From: Geotalea daltonii FRC-32
GTDB taxonomy: Bacteria > Desulfobacterota > Desulfuromonadia > Geobacterales > Geobacteraceae
Length of the DNA stretch: 32,000 nucleotides
Assembly (NCBI RefSeq): GCF_000022265.1
Contig: NC_011979.1
Coordinates: 3,360,001 to 3,392,000, forward strand
Reading direction: 5' to 3'
A program made the position numbers and the translations under genes. The notes under the pieces are model-generated. The model was not told where the DNA came from and did no database searches. It saw nothing but the letters and a program-made list of their open reading frames with translations. Shown piece by piece: positions 15,652-25,655 of the stretch; the first letter of the stretch is position 1, and every line of letters starts with the position of its first letter.

Positions 15652-16833
15652 TCATGTCCGGTAATCAGCATTTATTTTCACATACTCGTAAGACAGATCA
15701 CTGGTGTAGACGGTAGCCTCTCCCTGCCCCAGCTTCAGGTCTACAGTTACGGCGAATTCTTTTCTCTTCAGCACTTCGGAGCCCTTTTCTTCTGCGTTTC
15801 CTCCGGTAAAGACTCCGTTCCTTACCATCTGCACGTCGTCAAAAAAAAGTTCAATTCTGTCAGCATCAACCTCGGCCCCTGAATACCCCACTGCGGCAAG
15901 AATTCTGCCCCAATTGGCATCCTGACCAAAAAACGCTGTCTTGACCAGTGAGGAATTGGCAACAGCCATTGCCGCCTTTTTGGCATCGGCCACAGACTGC
16001 GCTCCCTTGATGGATATTTCTACGAACTTTGTCGCCCCCTCACCATCCCTGACTATCTGTTGTGCAAGCGCCAAAAGAACTGCCTGCAGCTGGGATCGGA
16101 ATGTTTCGGCATCTCCGGTTCCTTCCCGGATCGTTGGATTACCAGCCATGCCGTTGGCAAGTATCAATGACGTATCGTTGGTGGAAGTATCGCCATCAAC
16201 GGAAATGATGTTGAAAGAAGCATCATTGGATTCGCTGAAGACTTTTTTAAGCCAGGACTGTTCCACAGCGGCATCAGTTACAATAAAAGCCAGCATGGTA
16301 GCCATATTGGGCATGATCATCCCTGCCCCCTTGGCAATACCAGCAATGGTATACGGTACACCGGCCGCCTCACACTGGCGAATCTCCATTTTGGCGAAGG
16401 TGTCCGTAGTCATGATGGCACGGGAAACGCCATCAAGGCTGCCGCTTTCAAGCCCTTCAACCAGTTTCGGCACGGCTGCCCGCAATCTTTCCATGGGCAG
16501 CACTTGGCCGATGACGCCTGTTGATGCAACCTGGACAACCTCGTCGGCAATACCCAAACCCTCGGCAACCAGACGTGAAGTTTCCCTTGCGTCGTCCATT
16601 CCCCTGATTCCGGTACAGGCGTTGGCATTGCCGCTATTGACAACGATCGCCTGACAGAGGCCATCCTTTATCCGCTCTATCCCCAGAACGACCGGGGCCG
16701 CCTTGACTTTATTGGTAGTAAAGACTCCCGCTGCCACTGCAGGCACTTCAGAGAAAATCAAACCCAGATCGAGCCGCCCAGGCTTTTTCACCGCAGCCTC
16801 AACGGCAGAAAACTTGAATCCTTTTACTGGCAT
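15652..16833 (-). CDS. argJ: Bifunctional ornithine acetyltransferase / N-acetylglutamate synthase
   Basis: Autoproteolysis-site context PNMATMLAFIVTDA. Also ISVDGDTSTNDT and a C-terminal INADYRT. Confidence 0.93.
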   Translation of the reverse strand: MPVKGFKFSAVEAAVKKPGRLDLGLIFSEVPAVAAGVFTTNKVKAAPVVLGIERIKDGLCQAIVVNSGNANACTGIRGMDDARETSRLVAEGLGIADEVVQVASTGVIGQVLPMERLRAAVPKLVEGLESGSLDGVSRAIMTTDTFAKMEIRQCEAAGVPYTIAGIAKGAGMIMPNMATMLAFIVTDAAVEQSWLKKVFSESNDASFNIISVDGDTSTNDTSLILANGMAGNPTIREGTGDAETFRSQLQAVLLALAQQIVRDGEGATKFVEISIKGAQSVADAKKAAMAVANSSLVKTAFFGQDANWGRILAAVGYSGAEVDADRIELFFDDVQMVRNGVFTGGNAEEKGSEVLKRKEFAVTVDLKLGQGEATVYTSDLSYEYVKINADYRT

Positions 16834-16851
16834 GGCATTCTCCGGATAAGA

Positions 16852-19536
16852 TTATTTGCCGCAGCACTGTTTGTACTTCTTGCCACTGCCGCAAGGACAA
16901 GGCTCATTACGGCCCACCTTCTTGCTGGTAGCAGGCTGCTGAGCCTGCGGTTCATCACCGGCATTGAAAACGAGGCGCTGACGCTTCTGCTGCTCTTCCA
17001 TCCTTTCAACATCTTCTTCACGGGCAATCTGCACCCAAAAAATCTTTTCCACCACCTCTTCGCGAATACGCCCCATCATATCCATGAACAGCTGATACGC
17101 CTCTTTCTTGTACTCCTGTTTCGGATCCTTCTGGCCATAGCCCCTGAGTCCTATTCCTTCCTTCAGATGGTCGATTGACAGCAGATGGTCCTTCCACTGG
17201 GCATCGATACTCTGCAGCATGATGACCTTGATCAGGTGATCGATCAGCTCATCTCCGAACTCGGTAACCTTTTCCGAAAAGACTTCCTGGACCTTCTCTT
17301 GCAATAGATCACGCAGATTGCCGGGGTTAAGACGCTCCATTGTCTGGGGAGGAATATCCACATGAAAACCGAACAGCTTGAAAACAGATTCGCTCAGGCC
17401 CTGCCAGTCCCATTCGGTAGCAGAAACCTTTTCGATGGCATAGCCTTCGGCAAGATCTGCTACGGCATCATTGACCATTTCGACAAAGCTTTCTCGGATT
17501 GTTTCACCGGCAAGGATCTCGCGACGCTGGGCATAGATGACCTCACGCTGCTTGTTCATGACATCGTCGTAATCGATCAGGTGTTTTCTTATCTCGAAGT
17601 TATGGGCCTCCACTTTCCTCTGGGCATTTTCAATTGCCTTTGTGATCAGGCCGTGGGTGATTGCCTCACCCTCCTCGATCTTCAGCATATCCATGATTTT
17701 CGACACACGTTCGGAACCGAAAATGCGCAGCAGATCATCCTGCAGTGAAAGGTAAAAACGGGAAGAGCCCGGGTCGCCTTGGCGCCCCGAACGACCGCGC
17801 AACTGGTTATCGATGCGGCGGGACTCGTGCCGCTCTGTACCCAGGATATGAAGGCCGCCCAGGCTCACCACCTCGTCATGTTCTTTGACGCATTGCTCCT
17901 TGAACTGGGCCGACACTTTTGTAAACTCTTCCTCGGAAACCTCGGGGTTACTCCGCCGCCATTGCTTGGACATGGCCTCGGCATTACCACCGAGAAGAAT
18001 ATCGGTACCGCGGCCGGCCATATTGGTAGCGATGGTCACCATCCCCTTGCGCCCTGCCTGGGCAACTATTTCTGCCTCTTTCTCATGCTGTTTCGCATTC
18101 AGCACGTTGTGCGGGATCCCCTGCCGACGCAGCAGCTCTGCCAATTCCTCGGATTTCTCGATGGAAATCGTTCCGACCAGTACCGGCTGCCCTTTGGCAT
18201 GAAGCTCCTTGACCTCCTCTATTACTGCATTGAACTTTTCCCGCTCTGTCTTATAGATTACGTCGGGAAAGTCAGGACGAAGAAGTACTCTGTTGGTTGG
18301 AATGACAGTCACATCCAGCTTGTAGATCTTGTGAAATTCCTCTGCTTCGGTATCAGCGGTACCGGTCATGCCGGAGAGTTTTTCGTACATGCGGAAATAA
18401 TTCTGAAAGGTGATTGTTGCAAGTGTCTGGTTCTCGTTCTCGATCTTGACCCCTTCCTTGGCCTCGATGGCTTGGTGCAGACCGTCGGACCAACGCCGTC
18501 CGGGCATAAGGCGGCCGGTGAATTCATCGACAATGATGACTTCGCCTTCCTTGACTACGTAATCCACATCCAGCTTGAACAAAGCGTGGGCACGCAGTGC
18601 CTGGTTCACATGGTGAAGAGTTTCGATATCTCGTGGGTCGTAAAGGTTTTCTATCTTCAGCAGTTTCTCTACCTTGAGGACCCCCTCCTCGGTAAGTGTT
18701 GCGGATTTGGCCTTTTCATCAACGGTATAGTCACCCGTATAGCGCTTCCGCTTGCCGGAAAGGGTATTTGCCTCTTCTTCGACAACCTCTCCCTTTTTCA
18801 AAAGGGGTATGATGCGGTCGATAATGTAGTATTTATCGGTAGAGTCTTCGGTGGGACCGGAAATAATCAGCGGCGTCCGTGCCTCGTCAATGAGGATAGA
18901 GTCAACTTCGTCCACAATGGCAAAATTGAAATCCCTCTGCACGTAATCTTCCAGGGCAAATTTCATGTTATCCCGAAGGTAGTCGAAACCGAACTCGTTG
19001 TTGGTGCCATAGGTGATATCTGCGTTATAGGCGTCACGACGTTCTTCATCATCCAGACCGTGAATAATGACGCCGACTCTAAGACCGAGGAAGTTGTGAA
19101 TCCGCCCCATCCACTCTGAGTCACGCCGAGCCAGGTAATCATTGACAGTGACCACGTGGACACCCTTGCCGGTTATGGCGTTGAGATAGGAGGGGAGTGT
19201 GGCCACCAGTGTTTTTCCTTCGCCTGTCTTCATTTCCGCAATTTTGCCTTGGTGCAGCACCATCCCGCCGATCAACTGCACATCGAAATGGCGCATCCCC
19301 AGCACACGCTTGCCAGCCTCGCGACACACGGCAAATGCCTCTGGCAGCAGTGAATCCAGAGTTTCTCCACGTCCATACCGTTCCTTGAATTCAGATGTTT
19401 TATTGCGCAACTGGTCGTCGGAAAGTTTGCTGATTCCGGCTTCCAGATTATTGATCTGCTCGACAATCGGCCAGAGCCGTTTCAGCTCCCGCTCATTTTT
19501 GCTGCCGACAATTTTTTTAATTAGAGCACTAAACAT
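16852..19536 (-). CDS. secA: Preprotein translocase ATPase SecA
   Basis: Walker [34 protein letters not shown], and the C-terminal zinc motif [14 protein letters not shown]. Confidence 0.97.
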
Positions 19537-19694
19537 TCCGTAGAATCTCCTGATTTTATTTAGTAAGGATAAAAACAGGTTAAACTACCATAACTACAAG
19601 AATTGCTCAACAGAAAAGGATGCAGGAATTAAGCTTGCGGCTGGAATGATAAATAAATATGGAAGGGGAGTACTGCTTTTTTAATGGAAGTGTA

Positions 19695-20591
19695 TCAACA
19701 ATTGCCGACCATGCTGAAGAGTCTCGCTTCAAACCTCTTGGTCGCCGGAGTGGAAGGCTCGTTTTCGCGGCTTATGTCATCAAGGGCATTAAGAAACGCT
19801 TCCACAACCCTCGGATCGAACTGCCCGCCTGCATTGGAATAAAGTTCTTCAAGGGCTTCACGCATGAGGAGCGATGAGCGGTAAGGTCGTTCCGAGGTCA
19901 TGGCATCAAAGGCATCCGCCACGGCAAGGATTCTCGCTGCAAGAGGTATGGCATGTCCTTTAAGGCCATATGGATAACCAGTACCGTCAAATCTCTCATG
20001 ATGATGGAGCACCGCCTGACTTTCGTCTTTCAATGACCTTACGCAATCAAGCAACTCGGCTCCATGGACAGTATGCCTCCTGATGGCTGCCTGTTCATCA
20101 GCAGAGAGCGGTTGCTCCTTGACGAGGATCGAGTTAGCCACCCAGAGCATCCCCACATCATGGAAAAGCGCTGCGTTTTCCAGGGATTTCAGTTGCTCTT
20201 CAGGTAGCCCCATTGCTCTGCCGATCTTGACGGCCACGCTGGCAACACGTTCGCTATGGCCGCTGGCGTATGGATCGTGGGCATCTGCGGCTGAAACAAT
20301 CGCTTTGAGACATGCCACATAACGGTCTTCCGTCTCGTTAAGCTCCTCCATAAGACGAACGTTCTCACCTGCAAGAGTCCAATTGTTCGCCACTTGACGT
20401 AAGGTTGAAATACGCTCCAGATGCAAAAATATAAGGAGCAGGCACAGCATGGCAACGGCTATCAGAAGGGCTGCTTCTATCCGAGCGCTGCCCACGTAAA
20501 AGGAAATCGCCCAAAAGAGCATGGATCCGGTAGCCGCAAGGACAACGACCGAAAGCGTCAGATGCTTATGTTTTCGAAAAAGCTGTCGCAT
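19695..20591 (-). CDS. Membrane-anchored HD-GYP domain protein (putative c-di-GMP phosphodiesterase)
   Basis: The track start at 20639 is TTG. ATG 20591 (MRQLFRKHKH) has AGGTG upstream. Two N-terminal TM helices. HD motif ALFHDVGM and GYP motif HHERFDGTGYPYGL are intact. Confidence 0.85.
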   Translation of the reverse strand: MRQLFRKHKHLTLSVVVLAATGSMLFWAISFYVGSARIEAALLIAVAMLCLLLIFLHLERISTLRQVANNWTLAGENVRLMEELNETEDRYVACLKAIVSAADAHDPYASGHSERVASVAVKIGRAMGLPEEQLKSLENAALFHDVGMLWVANSILVKEQPLSADEQAAIRRHTVHGAELLDCVRSLKDESQAVLHHHERFDGTGYPYGLKGHAIPLAARILAVADAFDAMTSERPYRSSLLMREALEELYSNAGGQFDPRVVEAFLNALDDISRENEPSTPATKRFEARLFSMVGNC

Positions 20592-20780
20592 AAAAACACC
20601 TATAAGCAGGCTGTTGAAAATGTGATGGTCAGGATGCAAGGCTCAAGCAAGCGATAAAAGAGGAAACTGATATGTTGAATGCCGAACGGGCGGCAACGCC
20701 GCAGATCTGACCCGCAGTAGTTTTCAACAGTCTATTAGTGTGCATATCGACAGGTTGAGGACAAACTTGAATTTTTTTAT

Positions 20781-20811
20781 AAGAAAAGCCTCCCCTTGAC
20801 TGCTGGGAGGC
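20781..20811 (-). terminator. Rho-independent terminator after the DUF4139-like gene
   Basis: Minus strand reads GCCTCCC-agcagtcaag-GGGAGGC followed by TTTTCTTATAAAAAAA. It lies about 33 nt after the stop at 20844. Confidence 0.65.
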
Positions 20812-20843
20812 CTTTAACAAAAAAATTTGCTTTCAATGTTATT

Positions 20844-21821
20844 TCACTTGCCGCACTTGATTGCTCCGGTTTCGCCTTTAGCCAATCCTGCAAACCTGAA
20901 TCGGCTTAAATATTCGCCACTGTAGTAACAGGAGGCCTCTCCGGCAGGCAAAGGCCTTGCTGAGTCGTTGGTTACGGAAAAAGAAAGAGCCGGTTGGGGG
21001 AAAGCAGAAAGAACAAGGTTTTCAACCGGCAAAGTTTGTGACATCACTTCAGGCAGAGGTAACACATTTAACGTTATCGGCTGGAGTTTTACTGCATCTG
21101 CCATAAGTCCGGAAACAACCGCAACAGTAACTCCCTTACCCATGGCAGGGATGGAAGCTCGTTGGAAGACCTGCATCACCCCTGCGCCATTAATCCGGAA
21201 ATCATAAACCGGGAGCCACCGGGTATCTCCTACAAGGTAACTAACAGATACCTTGCCCCCTTTGCCCTTCACCCATATTCTGACAACACTGCCACCGATA
21301 TTTACAGCTTTCTTTGTCGATTCCAGCCGCAGCTGTACCGCCTTGAGTTCCTTATCAGCTTTACGCTTTGCCTGATAGACCCATTCCAGTTGAGCAATGG
21401 CAAAATCGGTCCCCTGGCGGATGGCGGTCAAAGGTTCCGGGTTACTCTTAGTTTTGCGGGGCGCCTTGCCGCTCTGTGATTTAGCAGCGGCAGTAAATAT
21501 CTGTTCACGGGCAGAAAGTGCCTTCAACCTGTCTTCCAGCTGATCCCTGCGTTCCGTCAATTTCTCCAGCTGCTGCCCCTGTTTCGGATCAGAGGTCACA
21601 GAGATCGTTTCCACACGGTCGATGGCAACACCTGCGGCTGGCTTGATTCTAAGTGAATCTGGCAATACAGATGCAGGAAGAACAACCTCCGCATAACCAT
21701 TGACTGCAGAGGCAACCCTCTGGATTCTGGCACCGTCCAGATATAAAGTAACTTCCTTATCGGCGGCAAAAGCCGGAACCGCCAGCAGAAGAGCTGCAAC
21801 AACAGGAAGAAGGATACCCAT
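20844..21821 (-). CDS. Secreted DUF4139/DUF4140-like (MuiA-family-like) protein
   Basis: ATG with GGAGGGG upstream. Signal peptide MGILLPVVAALLLAVPAFA/AD. N-terminal VTLYLDGARIQR, a central coiled coil (LEKLTERRDQLEDRLKALSARE), and RWLPVYDFRI. Family assigned from memory of these patterns. Confidence 0.55.
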   Translation of the reverse strand: MGILLPVVAALLLAVPAFAADKEVTLYLDGARIQRVASAVNGYAEVVLPASVLPDSLRIKPAAGVAIDRVETISVTSDPKQGQQLEKLTERRDQLEDRLKALSAREQIFTAAAKSQSGKAPRKTKSNPEPLTAIRQGTDFAIAQLEWVYQAKRKADKELKAVQLRLESTKKAVNIGGSVVRIWVKGKGGKVSVSYLVGDTRWLPVYDFRINGAGVMQVFQRASIPAMGKGVTVAVVSGLMADAVKLQPITLNVLPLPEVMSQTLPVENLVLSAFPQPALSFSVTNDSARPLPAGEASCYYSGEYLSRFRFAGLAKGETGAIKCGK

Positions 21822-21841
21822 TACCCCTCCAGTAACAACGG

Positions 21842-22312
21842 CTATTTAGCCACGTCAAGCAGCTCAACTTCAAAGATGAGTTTTGCATTAGGCGGAATTA
21901 CGCCCCCTGCCCCTGCAGTACCATAGCCGAGTTGGGGAGGAATGATCAGTTTACGCTTGCCCCCAACCTTCATGGACATAACTCCTTCATCCCAACCAGG
22001 GATGACCTGTCCGGCACCGATGTTAAATACAAATGGCTCGCCGCGGTCGACGGAACTGTCGAACTTGGTGCCATTCTCCAGCCAGCCGGTATAATGCACT
22101 TTTACCGGTTTCCCGGCAGCGGGCGAAGGACCATTTCCGGGAACGAGGTCCACATAGGAAAGGCCGGAGGGTGTTTTGACGGCATTAGCTGCAGCAGAAG
22201 CAGAATCAGCTTTTTGGGGCTCTGAAACCTTCGGTTCCTTCTGTGCACAGGCAGGAATTACAACCGCCACCAGCAATAACAGCATGACAATAAATTTCTC
22301 CACATTACGCAT
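21842..22312 (-). CDS. FKBP-type peptidyl-prolyl cis-trans isomerase, lipoprotein
   Basis: The track start at 22315 is TTG; ATG 22312 has AAGGAG upstream. Lipobox VVIPAC. FKBP core [40 protein letters not shown]...GYG...[14 protein letters not shown]. Confidence 0.9.
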   Translation of the reverse strand: MRNVEKFIVMLLLLVAVVIPACAQKEPKVSEPQKADSASAAANAVKTPSGLSYVDLVPGNGPSPAAGKPVKVHYTGWLENGTKFDSSVDRGEPFVFNIGAGQVIPGWDEGVMSMKVGGKRKLIIPPQLGYGTAGAGGVIPPNAKLIFEVELLDVAK

Positions 22313-22342
22313 CAAATTTTTCTCCTTTTTCTTTATCGCTTT

Positions 22343-23581
22343 CTATTTCAGCAAATGGACAAACAGCCCACTTCGCAGCTTCGGTTCGAACCATGTGGAT
22401 TTCGGAGGCATAATTTTATCAGCATCGGCCAGTTCCATCAGTTCTTTCATGGAGGTGGGATATAGGGCGAAGGCCACCTCATATTCACCGCTGTCAACCA
22501 TGCGCACAAGCTCATCCAGGCCCCTGATACCGCCTACGAACTGAATCCTCTGGTCCGTACGCGGATTGCGGATACCAAGGATGGGGCTTAAAAGGTTATT
22601 CTGCAGGATTGAAACATCAAGCCTTACCACCGCATCGTCTTCGGAAAAGGAACCCTCTCTCGGCAGCAGCTCGTACCATTTGCCTGAAAGGTACATGCCA
22701 AACTGGTGGCTGTGTACAGGTTTAAGTGGGGAATTCAGGGGGCTGATTTCGAACTTTTCCGCCAGCCTTGCCATAAACTCGGTGATACTGAGGCCATTCA
22801 GATCTTTGACAACCCTGTTGTAGGGCATGATGTTCATCTCGTTGTCAGGGAAGATGACCGTCAGGAAATAATTATATTCTTCCTTGCCGGAATGGCCGGG
22901 ATTGGCGGCTTTCCTCATATCCCTCACCCTGCTGGCGGCAGCGCTTCTGTGGTGACCATCAGCCACATACAGCGTGGGAATGACAGCAAAGAGTGCGGTC
23001 AGTTCAGCTATCTTTTGACGGTCGTCAATGACCCAGAGGGTATGGGAAACGCCATCATCTGTGGTAAAATCATATACCGGGGTCGCTGTTGCAACTTTCC
23101 CCACAAGAGACGAAATTTCAGGATGATTCCTGTAGGTGTAAAATACCGGCTCGTCATTTGCGTCCAAAAAGTCGATATGCCTTACCCGGTCTTCCTCCTT
23201 GTCCGCCCGCGTTAGTTCGTGCTTCTTGATTGTCCCGTCCTGATAGTCATCCACCCCGGCGCATACCACTAGCCCTGTCTGGACTATGTCACCCATCTTC
23301 TGGCGATACACATAATAACATTCCTCACCATCCTGTTCCAGGATCGCTTCTGCCACAAATCTGGAGAGATTTTCCTGTCCCTTGCGATAAACGGGGTCGG
23401 AATAGATGTCGACGCCTGGCAGATCGATTTCGGGGCGGGATATGTGGAGAAAGCTGCACGGGTTTTCCGCTGCCATCTGCATGGCTTCCCCAGTGCTCAT
23501 CACATCATATGGAAGTGCCGCCACCTTTTCCGCCAAATTTATTTTAGGCCGAAGGGCCTTGAATGGTTTGATGAAAGCCAT
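22343..23581 (-). CDS. DUF1015 family protein
   Basis: N-terminus MAFIKPFKALRPKINLAEKVAALPYDVMS, plus ADGHHRSAAA. The length (412 aa) is typical of DUF1015. Confidence 0.8.
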   Translation of the reverse strand: MAFIKPFKALRPKINLAEKVAALPYDVMSTGEAMQMAAENPCSFLHISRPEIDLPGVDIYSDPVYRKGQENLSRFVAEAILEQDGEECYYVYRQKMGDIVQTGLVVCAGVDDYQDGTIKKHELTRADKEEDRVRHIDFLDANDEPVFYTYRNHPEISSLVGKVATATPVYDFTTDDGVSHTLWVIDDRQKIAELTALFAVIPTLYVADGHHRSAAASRVRDMRKAANPGHSGKEEYNYFLTVIFPDNEMNIMPYNRVVKDLNGLSITEFMARLAEKFEISPLNSPLKPVHSHQFGMYLSGKWYELLPREGSFSEDDAVVRLDVSILQNNLLSPILGIRNPRTDQRIQFVGGIRGLDELVRMVDSGEYEVAFALYPTSMKELMELADADKIMPPKSTWFEPKLRSGLFVHLLK

Positions 23582-23617
23582 GATTACCTCATTTCGAGAA
23601 AGTGCAATTTGATTGTT

Positions 23618-24460
23618 TCAGAAATATCTTTTCGCCCCAATGAAGCGTTTTATGAAATAAGCTTCTTCAATTCCTGATATCTTAATGTCGTCGCCCCGGC
23701 GCGGTGCGTGGACAAAGCGCCCATCACCGATGTAGATGCCGACATGGTTTATTTCTGCCTCGGAATTACCGAAGAAGACCAAGTCACCATCCTTGAGATC
23801 TGCCTTGCTGATGTTGTCCCCCACCTTGAACTGCTCCCTTGAACTGCGCGGGATGTTGACACCGCAAAGGTTATAGACAGCTCGGGCAAATCCGCTGCAA
23901 TCCATGCCGTCAACCACGGTATCTCCACCCCAGCGGTAAGGAATGCCGACAAAGCGTTCTGCCGTGCGGGCAGCAATGGCTCCCATATCGCTATGCGCCT
24001 TGGCATGGTCCGGGGTTTCGGCGTCACCGGCTCGATCCTCTTTGCTTTTCTTCGGTACTACTGGCGTAAGTTTCTTAAGGGATGGCTGCGGAGCTTTTTC
24101 AATCGCCACTTCTCTCGATTTTTTCCCGTCGATTTGCGGCGGAGCGATGAAATAGGAGCCGATAACCTTCTCTGAAACAAGACGCTTGGCCGCCTTTTTC
24201 GCCTTTTCTTTTGTTTCGAAATCACCGAAACGAACAGCATATAGGCCGCTGTCCTTTCTGAAGTAGAAGGCCTCGATTCCCTTTTGCTGCAGCCTGTTTG
24301 TAAGCCGTTCAGCGTTTTTCACCTCTGAAAAAGCTCCTACCTGTATGGCAAAACCGACCCGCGACAGTCCTTTCACTGCTTTCATTTGTGCAGCACAGCC
24401 GGTATTGGTCAGACAGAAGAAGGTTAGTATGATAGCTATATATAAAATCCTGCAAATCAT
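23618..24460 (-). CDS. Lipoprotein with a SPOR domain and a C-terminal NlpC/P60 peptidoglycan endopeptidase domain
   Basis: The track start at 24496 is GTG. ATG 24460 gives MICRILYIAIILTFFCLTNTGC (lipobox). SPOR-like FAIQVGAFSEVKNAERLTNRLQQKGIEAFY...AVRFGDFETKEKA. NlpC/P60 motifs: YRWGG...GMDCSGF and NHVGIYIGDGRFVHA. Confidence 0.85.
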   Translation of the reverse strand: MICRILYIAIILTFFCLTNTGCAAQMKAVKGLSRVGFAIQVGAFSEVKNAERLTNRLQQKGIEAFYFRKDSGLYAVRFGDFETKEKAKKAAKRLVSEKVIGSYFIAPPQIDGKKSREVAIEKAPQPSLKKLTPVVPKKSKEDRAGDAETPDHAKAHSDMGAIAARTAERFVGIPYRWGGDTVVDGMDCSGFARAVYNLCGVNIPRSSREQFKVGDNISKADLKDGDLVFFGNSEAEINHVGIYIGDGRFVHAPRRGDDIKISGIEEAYFIKRFIGAKRYF

Positions 24461-24501
24461 TTGCCACACTCCCAAATCACGACTGCAAACCGCCACCCAT
24501 G

Positions 24502-25615
24502 TCAGATGTCCTTAACCTCGCGGCGGACCCCCATGAGAAAGGCGATGATAAACTGCTCCAGCTCCCCATCCAGGACCGCATCGGGATTGCCGCTTTCAAC
24601 CCCGGTGCGCAGGTCCTTTACCATCTTGTAAGGATGCAGGACATAGGAGCGTATCTGGCTCCCCCAGCCGATTTCCTTCTTTTCTCCAGCGATTTCGGCG
24701 GCCTGTGATTCCCGCTCCTGCAACTCGCGCTCATAAAGCTTTGCTCTCAGGACCCGCATAGCCGTAGCCCGGTTCATATGCTGACTGCGCTCTGTCTGAC
24801 AGGCAACAACGATGCCGGTAGGAATGTGGGTGATCCTGATGGCCGAATCGGTCGTATTGACGTGCTGGCCGCCAGCGCCGCTGGAGCGAAAGGTATCAAC
24901 CCTCAGGTCGGTTTCGACAATCTTTACATCGATATCGTCTTCTATCTCGGGAAAAACAAAAACCGAAGCAAAAGAGGTATGGCGACGGGCATTACTGTCA
25001 AAGGGGGAGATCCTCACCAGCCGGTGAATACCAACCTCAGCTTTCAAATATCCGTAGGCATACTCGCCACTGACGGAGAAAGTGACCCCTTTGACACCAG
25101 CCTCATCGCCGGACTGATAATCTGTAATCTCGGTTTTCCATCCTTTACGTTCACAGTACCGCAGATACATGCGTAGCAGCATTTCGGCCCAGTCCTGGGA
25201 CTCGGTACCACCGGCACCGGAATTGATGGAAAAAAAGCATGAACTGGCATCATGGGGACCGGAGAGCATCTTCTGGAACTCGGCATCGACCAATCCTTTT
25301 TCCAGCTGATCGTTCAGGTCATGCACTTCGGCAAGAGTCGCCTCATCTTCCGCCTCGCTTCCCAGTTCTATAAGGACCCTGATATCTTCAACCTGACGGT
25401 TGAGCCTGTCCCATGAGGCCAGGGTCTTCTCCATGACCGTCCGCTCCTTGAGAACTTTCTGCGCGGCCTCATTATCGTCCCAAAAACCGGGGGCGGCGAT
25501 CCTGGATTCAAGCTCCTGAATATCTTCCCGCAGGCTGTCTATGTCAAAGAGACCCCCGTAAGTTGTTGATTCGTTCCGCCATTGCTTCAACCCGCGCCAC
25601 TTCTTCTCTGAACAT
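24502..25615 (-). CDS. prfB: Peptide chain release factor 2, requiring a programmed +1 frameshift: join(25615..25547, 25545..24502) on the minus strand
   Basis: The track shows only the downstream frame. Upstream, AAGGAG-N6-ATG (25615) opens a 23-codon frame, MFREEVARVEAMAERINNLRGSL, that ends at CTT TGA C. A +1 shift continues as DIDSLREDIQELE. Also RF2 SPF tripeptide (RISPFDS) and the GGQ motif SSGAGGQHVN. Confidence 0.93.
25543..25558 (-). other. prfB +1 frameshift (recoding) signal
   Basis: Minus strand reads cGGGGG TCT CTT TGA C: an internal Shine-Dalgarno-like GGGGG, a 3-nt spacer, then the slippery CTT followed by an in-frame TGA and C. This is the same layout as the E. coli prfB site AGGGGG TAT CTT TGA C. 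Confidence 0.9.
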
Positions 25616-25655
25616 CGTCTACTCCTTGAACCGATTTATTTCAAGCGGGGTGATC

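Noticed and set aside
15600-15671. N-terminal 24-aa extension of the DUF2914 ORF that overlaps the argJ 3' end.
   Set aside because: The internal ATG at 15599 has a GGAGG Shine-Dalgarno sequence, yields a proper signal peptide and removes the overlap.
17779-19119. 446-aa plus-strand ORF antisense to secA. Similar long antisense ORFs occur at 11608..12450 and 9871..10515 (valS), 6410..7042 (response regulator), 15941..16654 (argJ) and 27299..27835 (corC).
   Set aside because: All lie entirely inside strongly supported, conserved minus-strand genes. Their translations are low-information (L/F/G/V/C-rich) with no recognisable motifs and no Shine-Dalgarno context. This is the typical stop-poor shadow frame of codon-biased genes.
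19537-19694. Possible terminator or leader structure, and a weak TTGAGC-N17-TAGTTT promoter, upstream of secA.
   Set aside because: I found only direct repeats (CTTCCAT twice) and an AGTACT palindrome. There is no stable hairpin with a T-tract, and the promoter hexamers match only 4/6 and 3/6. This is too weak to report as a feature.
20629-20820. 63-aa minus-strand ORF between the DUF4139 gene and the HD-GYP gene.
   Set aside because: It spans the terminator hairpin at 20781-20811 and the probable HD-GYP promoter region. It has no Shine-Dalgarno sequence and no recognisable features.
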